Origin: Aplysia californica
Taxonomy: Eukaryota
Reading direction: 5' to 3'
DNA: 64,000 nt
NCBI RefSeq assembly: GCF_000002075.1
Contig: NW_004797391.1
Coordinates: 729,159-793,158 of the forward strand
Each line of letters begins with the position of its first letter. The first letter of the stretch is position 1. The notes beneath the pieces are model-generated. The model did no database searches. It had not been told where the DNA came from and saw nothing but the letters and a program-made list of their open reading frames with translations. Shown here one piece after another: positions 1 through 11,346 of this stretch. A program made the position numbers and the translations under genes.

Positions 1-74
1 AGAGAGAGAGGCGGAAAAAGAAAACAGTTTCGTTAATATCACAATATGGGTGACTTTTTGACATATTCAATGAG

Positions 75-104
75 GTCACATGATCAAACTCGCAAACATG
101 GCGG
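75..104 (+). promoter_or_regulatory. MiT/TFE-type M-box/CLEAR-like E-box plus YY1-like motif over the ANKFY1 start codon
   Basis: GTCACATGA at 75-83 (reverse complement TCATGTGAC); AACATGGCGG at 95-104; motif matches only. Confidence 0.45.
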
Positions 105-107
105 ATG
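98..107 (+). CDS. ANKFY1: ANKFY1 exon 1 (ATG GCG GAT G)
   Basis: aaacATGGCGGATG|gtaaga; phase joins exon 2 to give MADDEV. Confidence 0.85.
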
Positions 108-3100
108 GTAAGAAAAGTTGTTCAGAGGAAAGGGGTGTGATCAGTGGGTTGCTTTCCTCAGAGTTACTTAGTCATTTTCTGTCTCAAGGTAGCAACTAGC
201 TTTTTTCCCCATCCACGCCCTCTATTAGAAAAAGTACGCCCTCTTATAGACCTTTAATTTTACTTCCTTCGTCACTTAGAAAAGACAAGGAGGCACTCTG
301 TTACTGTTGGACTGTTGGTGTTGTTTGTATTTCCTTGCCGTCTCAGTGAACAGTCTGCTAGATCTCTAGATATTCAATTAGACTCTAGTCACTTGTCATT
401 GTCTCCTGGCACTGTGGATATCACAGAATACTAAATTATCATTCAGCTTTCTCAGCGTATATATATTTTTTCACATTGATTGGATCTAGATCTAGATCTA
501 GATCTAGATCTAGATTAGATCTAGCAAAATTCACTTTCATTCTTAATCTTGCACGATGGATTGTTGCTTGCTGACTTACGGCTACGGGCGGTTGCTCAAA
601 GTAGTTTCTGGTTCTAAAGACTTAGAATCTAGATCTAGGCGTAGGCCTAGCATAGACAGGACCACCTCTCTACCCTTGGCTAGTACTGTCCTAGGCTTAG
701 CCCTATCTATCATAGCTTATTGAAAAGTTATTGTCTCCAGTCCCAAGGCAGGCAGCATAGACAGCAACCAAAGCTTCACATAATTTTCTTACAAAGATAT
801 AAAGAAAAAGAAAAAATGGGACAGCAGGCACAGTTCGATGGATGCGTGATTTCGAGTCTTCAGTGTTCGACCTATCCGTATACTGTATAACCTCTAGACT
901 AGACAAAAGTCTCTCAAAACGTTTGATGTTAAACTTTAAGTTGCAATATACATATGACAGGCAGTCGGGATCGATAGCTTGGAAAGCCATGTGGCCGAGC
1001 ACTCTTTCCTATGACATGACTATCGGCAAAGGCGATGCCCCATTACCCAAGGGAGGTCACTAAAATATTATGGAAATGAGATGGTTGCATCCCTTTCCCC
1101 TTTTGCACAGGTTCACGTAAACACATGCTCAATGTAAACGCAAGCTTAGGAGTCCTCCCAAGCACTGTGAGTTTAGGTGGAGACTGCTGTGTTTAACTTT
1201 CGATGCTTCTACTTTTGGGGCACAACTTTCTCCAAACACTTTCTAGCAGGGCATGCTTTCGACTTTTGTATTGTTAAAGGGGACTAGAGTGCGTATGTCG
1301 TATAAAATGCAGTTGTAGCACCATGAATTGGACGTATATATCAGCCCCACACTCCCATGAAACTAGTACAACCAGGATTCTTTCTTTGTTGCACTAATTT
1401 CATGGGAGTTGGGGACTGATTCTATATGAGGATAGGTGGTGGTTGTTATAACAGCTAATTAAGTCTTTGTTGTAAATGGTCTCTGCCTAAGAATATTCTG
1501 TGCAAGAAGCCAATCTGACTAAAAGCTCTATGTCATAGTATTATTGTCTCCATAATTTTCAGGCCAGAGAACCCATTCTAGAGATAGAAATCGGTGAAAG
1601 AACCTGGTTTGAGCTAGGGGTATTCCAAGTTTTTTAACCATTCTGCTTTAGGCCTACCTTATGAAATTACAATTGGGGATGCTTGAAAGAGGGAAGAACT
1701 CTAAGTATGCCGGTGAAGGAATGGGGGTGTTGTGGACTAGTGGATGATGAATACTCACTGCATTCACGCTTACATGTCCAATTGTTTTTTTTTTGTTTTT
1801 TTTGCATTCTACATGAACTCTGTCATGCTAGTCAATCGCTAATATATAGCCCTATGTGTTTTCAACTGGTTCAATCACGTATCCGTACATACCTCTTACT
1901 TAATCAAACTCAAAGTGTCTGGTGCCTTCTTTCTCCTCATTTATTATATATGCAGTATTGCTACTGGTTCTGTTTCTAAAGCTACCGAATTATCGTAACA
2001 TTACAAGTGTTGCATCATGGTATTTCACTAGAAGCCTGAAGCCTCTGGTTCTCACTAGAACTCGAAACAACACACTACACTCAGGAGCATGTGCACACAC
2101 ATTCATTGTAATCTTTCATCTTTCCTTGGACATTAGTATTGCCAATAAGTCATAATCTTTCATCATATAAGGTAATCCAAAGAAGAACCTGGGAAGCTAA
2201 CCCTATAGAGGTGCTGTTTTGTTCCCCTCGAAACCCATTATAAGAACTCACTTTTTTTTTCATCTCCCAATGAATTGGTTCGAAGACAGAGACCACTGCA
2301 TTTTAAATATTGCTGTTTTATAACATGCCATTTGATTATTTCATGATTTTCTTACTTCTTTTCAATTTTATTATCAGTATATGGTATTGAAGTTGGACAG
2401 TCTCACAAGATATTGTTACATCCTTAATAAAAAAGATAATAAAAGAAACATTTTTTCATCGACTGAAAAAAGGAAAGCATCCTTGGAAAGTAAATCAAAA
2501 TATCATATCTTGTCAGTTTCAGATTTTGTTTTGTGCACTAAAATGTAGTAGTACAACAGTTTTTAAAATGCTAATATTCCTATTCTCTTTAGAATTTGAT
2601 GAGACCTAATTCGCTGTTGGAACTTTATTCTATGAACAGATGAAGTTAGTAAACTTCAGAACCATCTAAGTTTGTTGAGGGAAGAGTACGTGAAGCTGCA
2701 GAATCGACTGGCTGATGTTGAGAGGCGATATCAAGTGGCCATTGCTGCTTCAGGCGGCACTGGAGAAGCTCAGGATGGATTTGTGTCCAGACTTCTCAAA
2801 TTCATTGCTGACCTCTTTGACAAAGACCAATACAGGTACTTTTTGTTTGAGCAATATTAGGATAAACATCACTCCAGTTGCAGTTGTTCTTCTATAATTA
2901 TTAGTGATGGGGCAATGATGATCTCGAAAATTGTTTGAAGTAAATCTGGCAGTCTCTCATTAAAAAGAATGTACTGTAGTGGTATTTAACCATTTATTAT
3001 TGAAACATAATAAGTTTACGGTGCAAGGAATTGGTTTTACTTAAAATATGATGTAACTTTAATTAAACAAGATTAGTTACTCTGTTAAAAACTGTAAGCT

Positions 3101-3942
3101 TATTGTTATAATGTAAAGTTTACTGACATATTCAGCTGTGCCTTCGCCTTTATAACAATGTTTTTTTCACCTTGACAAACAGTTGTATAAAAGCCTTACA
3201 TTTACATGTGCCTCCATGAAGGGAACAGGTGGTGACTTAAGTCTTTGAAAAAAATGCACAAAGTTGACCCAACATTTGGAAACAGGGTGTTTGTTTAAGT
3301 TTTGTTTTAAATTGATGTCTGTGGTGCAGTGGCTAGACCTTTCCTTTTTGCATGCAAAAGACTTGAGGTTGATTCTCGAGTGGGGAAGTTATGTAATTGA
3401 GTATTTACTTATGCATGATGCTCAGCTTAGGTTGGCCCTGACATGCAGGTTCAAAACAACCCTCCCCTTCCTGTGCAATCTGAATTTTGTTGACAGTTTA
3501 AAGTTCTCATAAAACACATGTTGTCAAAACAATCAATGTGTTTTGATATTTTCCTCAGTGATCTGGTGATCCAGCTAGAGGGCGGCCATGACGTGAAGGC
3601 CCACAAGTTCATCCTTTCAGCCCGCAGTGATGACTGGGGTGTGGCGGACCTCTCCACAGTTGCAGAGCTGAATATGACAGGTAGGCCTACTTCCTGACTC
3701 CAAAGAAATTTTGCCTGGAACTATGTGTAAAGCAGAGCGCAGATTTTACTGCCTGTTTTTTTAAATTTTTATTTTGACTTGTAAATTCTGATTTTTGTTG
3801 AACAGACAAATGAAAAGGAATGTAATGAATTTCATGGTATTTCAGTAACTATTAAGACTTGATATTTCTGATCAAAATTAGCAGTGCTGTTAAGGGTTTT
3901 AGAGACAAACAATACAGCTGGCCGATCATTTCAGCATTTTCT

Positions 3943-3983
<41 letters not shown>

Positions 3984-6900
3984 CAGATCTCACAAAGTAC
4001 TGAACCTATCTTAAAAAATCAAAAAAAATTTTGTTTAGGAATTATTTTTGTACTAGAAAGTAGAATAAAATGCTGTTCCTCAAAATGCATCGTACTGTAC
4101 CTTTCACCAGGCACACACACACATGTTTGTGGATGGTTGGCGGGTGCTCTGGTGTGGTTTTTCTCCTTCTTTCCTATCAAACATCTATCATCTTAATGTC
4201 CCCTACTTCTTTTTTGTTTGTTACTCTCTTGTACTTGTAACACTTCCAATCTTTGTCACTTATGTGACCTAATTGTGTTGCAAGTGCCTTAAAACATTTA
4301 TCAAAACTAAACGCACACATGTTTTCTCTCTACACTGATTCACATTGAAGTTTTTTAGCTTTAACAAGTGTTTTACGGCACTTGCAACACAATAAGGTCA
4401 TATAAGGGAGGTCACATAGAAGTGTGCATGATTAGTTAAATGCTAATGAAAAAGAAAGTCCTCACCTTATTATTCAGAATAATATTTTTCCATAAATGAA
4501 TTGTGACAACAGTGATTATTCTTTGGTCAATATTGACTGTCTGATCATCTTTTTTTTAAAGATATCCGTCATGATGTAGCCTTTGCCTTGATCCGATGGA
4601 TATACACGGATGAGATAAACATCAAAGCTCAGGACTCCTTCCTACTAGAGCTCCTACGAGCAGCCACAAGGTTCAAACTTGAGGAGTTGCGAAACAGGTA
4701 TGGAATGCAGCAGAGGAATCTGTCTTTATAACCCAAAAACGTAGATAACTGTTTGTGGTTCACTGGTTGAAGTGGTATTTGATTGTTGCTTCTGTAGAAA
4801 ATTATTTCTTTTCATTTCTTTATTCTGTAAGATTTTATTTTTTCGTGGTCATGCTGGAAGGTTTTTAGATATTTTTTCAAATTGTTTTCTTGATTCTGTG
4901 AGTTGTGATTCTGAATATCAGAGTTGAGTAAATCCATCACTATCTGTCGGAAATTATCTTTTGTTGTAACTGATCAAAGTAAAGACATATTTATATATAT
5001 ATATGCATCCAAGGAATTAATTAGTTTCAGAATTAAATTTTAAAAATGATGTTAAAAATCTAAGTAACCTATGATGCTTGTTTTACAAAGGACGAGTTAT
5101 GTCAGGGCCGCAAGCATTTTTATCTTTATTATCCAGCCCATCATAGAATGTATGACTCTTACAGTTTCATCAGTCTGGAGTGAAGTGGGTGATTGTGTTT
5201 GGCTATGAACTAAACAAACTGTGTTAAGTGATACAAAGTCTGTCAATAGGCTACAAAGTCTGTCAATAGGCTACAAAGTCTATCAATAGGCTACAAAGTC
5301 TATCAATAGGCAACATGGCCAAAAATTACTCATTAGTGTATGGTGTTTTCCAATGACAGACGGCACTTTAATGGACCAAAGTTTCTGCCTGACAATGTGT
5401 GTATTGCATCACCAATGCCCTATCTTCTCTGGTTTTAATAGTGTGACTTTTTTTTACTGAAGGAGACTTGGTGTTAAAAATTTCCTTCTTCTCCCATATG
5501 AAAAAAATGGGGTAAAAATTGCGAAAGTTATATAATGTTTTAGGCATAAAAGATGATGATTCCTGAGTTGCTTGGGTGGTTGTAGCCATTGGTTTTTATA
5601 GAAATGGCAACCATGTCAAAAATGTGTATAACAGAAATAGGTATTTTAAGCTTTTAACAGTTTCTGGAGTACTTATTTGTTCCACTTAGAATGCTTTATT
5701 GCTATCATATTGTGTTAATTTTGGATAGCATAAATATTATAATATTGATTTTTGTACTTCTTGGAGTATTTAGAAAGTTGGAACTTCTCATATTTATGGA
5801 AAATATATTGTTTTGCTTGGAGGAAAAGTCATGTTGTTGAAATTTTCTTTCGAATACCACCAGTCCAACCAGCTACTTAAATATAACAACATTTAATAAC
5901 TACCTGTGCCAAATTTCAGAACTTTTGTGCTTATAGATGAACTCTTTCCAGACGTATCGCCAATATATTGGGGCGAGTCCACACCCCTTGCGGACGTATT
6001 GCCGATATATCGGCTGTGATAGGGTGCCTCAGTATTGTTTCGTTTTAACTCAATGCGTCATTTATAATTACTTTTTATTGCTATTGAAAAACTCGGAAAG
6101 GATTTAGAGAACGGAAACATCTAATTTCACTTTGTCAAAGCGTGGGTTTGGGGAAAAACAAGTGAATTAGTTCTTGCAGTGTTGCATCAACAAAACGATG
6201 TAACCGGACTCAGTATAAATATCGTAACTGAAACAAAAATTGGAAAATTGGAATTTGTTTTCTAATAAAAAGCTGCGCATTCAGAAATTTATGAAATACG
6301 CTCTTGGCCTGTATATGATAAGATAATTATGCTGATTTGCTTACACATGCTTGGTGAATGTAATTTTTTCCATCAAAATTTATTTTACTCATCACCATCG
6401 CCATTTCTAATCCTTCTAATGCATACTTATGTTCAAAATCAATCCTTGTTTCATATTGGGATGTATTCCTCATTCAATTTCCTTCAATTTGATATCTCAT
6501 ATGTTACGTTTTGAGTGATGGTTATGCTTCTATGAAGTTATTTTGTACACCACCTGCATAGCCAAATTGAGCCACAAGTTAAATATGTCTAGACCCCTCA
6601 AAAGATAATGTCCGGAAAGAGTTAAGAAAATTCTGGATAACAAAAATAACAAGTCATACTAAAAAATGTTTTTTTAGAAGTAAAAAGTTACTAAGCAATA
6701 AAATATCAAAGCAAACATCCTTGTTGTAACTAGCCAGCTGCCACGATAGCAGAAAACATACATTCTCTCTCTCTCTCTCTGCCTGATTTCAAAGCCTTAT
6801 AGAGCTATGCTTATAAATTAATCTGTAGTTATCAAAAAAAACAACAACTCAGTCCTGTGGATCAAGACTGACTGGAAGGCTGTCTGAATACTAACAATGT

Positions 6901-9900
6901 CAAGATCAATAGAACACAATCCCATAAAAGCTCACCCCAAAGAGATTTACTGGTTGAGGCAGTGAAAGGAAAAGAATTATTCTTAGGTTGTTTATAGAGT
7001 GTGAGTCACAGGGTCATTGTACTGCCATTGTATTTTATAAATCAATGGAAAGCCCTATGACCTTTGTGCTTTGGTTTGAAACAATGAAGAGGTAAAACTG
7101 TTTTGACAAACTATCAGAGATATTTTATGAGTGAACTTGACACTTCCAACTAGAGTAGTAGTGGAGTGATGGTATTTATTTTTATCTGACACCCTAAGTC
7201 CTTGAAATTAATTTAGGTGTTTTATCAGTTGTCATTGTTTTGTTTTTTATCTTCTGGTTACCAGATACTGACTGAAGTGCATATCAACTGCTTAGTGTTA
7301 GACGCCATCATACATCACTTTTCAGAATGGTGTATGGTGCTATTTTAAGCAGTCAATATTGTCTCACACCTGATCTCACACCTGATCATACCCCCCTTTC
7401 CCTCTTCCATCAGGTGTGAAAATGGGCTCATGTCCTTTGTAAATGTAAAGAACTGTATAAAGTTCTACCAGACAGCGGAGGAGATGCAGGCAGAGGTGTT
7501 GAAGAAACATTGCTCGGAGCTCATCTCTAACCACTGGGTATGTCCTCTTCAGTGCCGTGTGTATGTGAGAGAGAGAGAGAGAGAGATTCTTTTTAGTGTT
7601 GTAAGTAAAGGGGTCCATTTTGCATATTGTGAAAATACCCTTCATTAATACTGTTGTTGATTATTGTTGTCATTGTCATTACTGTTGTCCATGTTATCAC
7701 TATTCATCTGCTAGTGGTTGCAGGGTGTCACTGGTAGGTCCTACTTCTTATCCTTCTCTCAGATATTTCTCTTTGCTCTTGTCTTCCATTTCCCTTCTCT
7801 TTTGATGGTTACTGATTCCATGTGCTTCACTTAAACAAAGTAATAGTTTGAGTACATTCCGTAGGTATTTCAATTTTTCTTGTGTTTCTTATCCCTCAAG
7901 GGCAAATATTTTAAACATCTTATGGTGGGTTTCTTTGCTCTTATAATGTGCATATTTCAATTTTTTTTGTTGGGTTTCTTAATTCAACGAGAGTATTTTT
8001 TTCAGAGTGCATTGCAGAACTTTTTTGTTGAATTTCTATTTGATATAGTTTGATACTGTTGAGGATTGTCAGAGGGCAAGAAGTTCCATTTTGGCACAGT
8101 GTTGTCAAATTCTCCCGATTTAAACATTTCTTCATTTTTGTAGTCGTATTCAGGTCCAGTTTGGTGAAAGCAGCCAATTCCAAAACTAATAAGTGTCATA
8201 TGTCATTGGGGCATCAGATATTTTGTTTGTGCTTGGAATGTGATAGGTTCTATACCCCCCCCCCCCCCCCCCCGGGGTGGTGCCACTGACTGAAGTGTCT
8301 TTAGGCCATTCCCAAAAGGGGGACACTTCTCGTTCTAATGTACAGTAGAATTGTTAATGGGCTGGTCCAACAATGTCATGCTCATAACTGTGCCTGAACT
8401 ACCACAGGGAAGTGCTGCTTTTTCTTTCCTAATCCTTACTATCGTCATTTTCCTCCAATTCTTTTGTATGTTTGTCACACACTCTTGAGACCAGCTATTT
8501 CCGGGGTGCCTTGATAGTCGAAGCAGACTTTGTACTGTTGAAGCTAGAGAGGTGAGCAGAGTAATTCTGATTCCCTGTAAGGACTTCTCTGTTGACATCC
8601 ACCCATTGGTGCTCATATGACCTTATGCAGTTGCGAGCGCTGTAAAACCTCTACTAAAACTAATAGGTTCTATTGGACTCACAGGTCAAATTTGATGAAG
8701 CAAAGCAGAGGTCAATTTAATATAGTGTGCACTGGCCTGTGTCATTACTAAGCCTAGTCTGATCTGCTAAGATCATGCTATTGGGCATTTGTTCTTGGGC
8801 ACCTTTTTACTTTTCTCTTGTTGTTTATTCTCTCTCTTAGGGTAACTATTTCAGTATTTTTTGGTGTGTCTCTTAAATCTCCAATGGTAGGTATTTCAAT
8901 TTCTCTTGTGTTTCTCAGCTCTCCTATAGTAGGTATTTCAATTTCTTTTGTTATGTTTCTTTTCTCTCGTAAGGTAGGTTAAATTTCTTTTGTGGTTTTT
9001 AAAAAATAACTCTCCTAAGGTAGGTATTTCAATTTCTTTTTAGGTGTTTCTTTTGTTACATTTCTTGACTTTCCAAGGATAGATATTTCAATTTCTTTTA
9101 TTGTGTTTCTTAAGTCTCCTAGGGTATGTATTTAAATTTTTCTTGTTGTGTATCTTTACCCGTTTTGAGTACCTGTTTCTATTTCTTTTGTTGTGTTTTT
9201 AGCTTTCCTTGGGTAGGTATTTTAATTTCTTTTGTTGCGTTTCTTAACTCTCTCAGGACCAGTTCACGAGGGAAGACTTTGTGAGCATGCCAGCCCCCCT
9301 GCTATACAAGATGTTTAAGACCAAGACAGAATATCCTTTGCACACTGCCATCCGTACCGAGAGGGAAGATGTCGTGTTCCTCTATCTTATTGAATTTGAT
9401 GCTCAGGTCAGTTGAAAATGATCAGTACTCACGCGAAATTTTAAAATAATTCTTTGGTTTGCTGTAGAATTTGGTCTTGCTCATTTCTTTAGTGACTGCT
9501 GAATTTTTTTCCTCAGTTGTTTGTGAAAATAAAGTGTAAAAAGTGTTTCATTTAAACAAGTTTCCACAGTTGTATTGAAAGTTAGCTGTGAGGAGTTGGT
9601 CTTTTACTATATTTTTTTCACGCTTGTCTTTGCAAATTTTAATGGTAAAAATGAGTGAATTATGTCTGTTTTCTCACAGTTGTCAGTGAAAGTGAATGAG
9701 GTTGACAACAAAGGTGAACTTGCGCTTGACCTTGCCCTGAAGACTCAGCAGCGCAGCATAGCACAGACACTGATGGCCAACAAAGCTGACGTCAACAGGA
9801 AGGATAACTCTGGCAAATGTCTACTGTACAAAGCTATACAAAGAGGTGAATTAAGTTTTTAATTCTGGCTTTTGTTTTTTTCTTTTTGTGATACATACTT

Positions 9901-11277
9901 CTCTTTAACACCTACGGGACCGGCCTCACACTTGAGTATCAGTTCCCCAAAAATGGAGCTGCCGGCCTTTTTCTGACTAAGTGAAGTATAGGGTTACTCA
10001 GATATGAATAACTTAGCCATTTGTAAAGTTATAGACGCGAAACTTCACCAAACTGCAAAAAAATATGTTTTCCTATGCGAAAACACATTTTCATTGAAAA
10101 AATATTTTGGTTTGAGTCATTTAGGTTTAATCACTTATGTCCAGTTCCTACCCGGGATAGAAGACTAGATCTAGATCTATGTATAGAGTATAGAGTACAT
10201 TGCTCTTTAATCAATGAGAAATGGTTCCTGATCTATCTTTCATCACTTTTTTCTCGATTTGAAAACTCTTTTCGAAACTCATTTTATTGCTTTCCACATT
10301 TAATTGCCAGAAACCTGAAGCAAAATATCTACATAGAAATAGTAAAACTATTAAATATCTAAATGGAACTGAATAGAATGAACGAACGTATAGGACACCA
10401 ATTGGTTATGATTTCTTTCCTTTTTTAAAATTGCATAGTTCCTTGCAAATGTGTTTTTTTTTACTGTTTGGTTAAATGATGTTAGAATGCTGAAAGATAA
10501 AGTCAAACAACAGTATTTGTACTATGCACCAGGTGATGAGTTTGCTGCAGAGTTCCTCATCACTAACGGTTGTGATGTGAACATGGCTACCCACCTTGAC
10601 AAAGAGACGCCGTTGCACATGGTCTCCAGATTTGACCCAAAGGTGAAAAGCTATTTGATTGTAGAATGTTTCACCCCCTCGTCAACACAATTAAGATGAG
10701 ACAGGTCGCTTTTACTCTGCCTGTCAGGGACAGTCCTGGATGAGTGTGATGCAGTGTCTCTGCAGGCTTACGGATGGGCTAATAAAAAGACTTCCACTGT
10801 GGGTGGTTGGCGGGTGCTGGGGTGTGGTTTGTTCCTTCTTTCCTATCAAACATCTATCCTCCTTATCTCTCGTCCTTTTTTTGTTACTCTCTTGTAACAT
10901 CTCTTATTTTCGGCTCTTAGATCAATACGACCTAATTGTGTTGCAAGTGCAGTAAAACTCTTCTTATTCAAGATTTACTCACACAGGAATTGAACTATGT
11001 TCTGCTTGCAATGGCAAAGAGTGTAACCATTATACCACAGACAAGCGGACTAGGAAGTACTTTATGTCCTCCAAATAATGAGAAACAATCTCAAATTGAG
11101 TCCATGCAAGTTATTGGGGGAATGGGATAATGATATGGTGTAAAAGTCTTCACACTTGTTAAAACTTTACTGATCTTCCACTAAAAAGAAATATGCCTTA
11201 CTTACTTCAGCCTCTGCTGCACAAAATGGATCACATGGTTGATCATGGTTCTCTCTCTGTCTCTGTCTCTGTCTCTG

Positions 11278-11346
<69 letters not shown>

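Noticed and set aside
8254-8370. Calling the family A head an HDV-like, twister or hammerhead ribozyme
   Set aside because: I could not build a complete canonical fold or catalytic core by eye; kept only as a hypothesis
8335-8616. Similar ORFs MSTNGWMSTEKS.. (8335-8616) and [12 protein letters not shown].. (59097-59282)
   Set aside because: Antisense frames of retroposon family A; stop positions differ between copies
8690-8765. TGATGA..CTGA pair as a C/D snoRNA
   Set aside because: Imperfect C box, no terminal stem, no recognisable rRNA/snRNA guide
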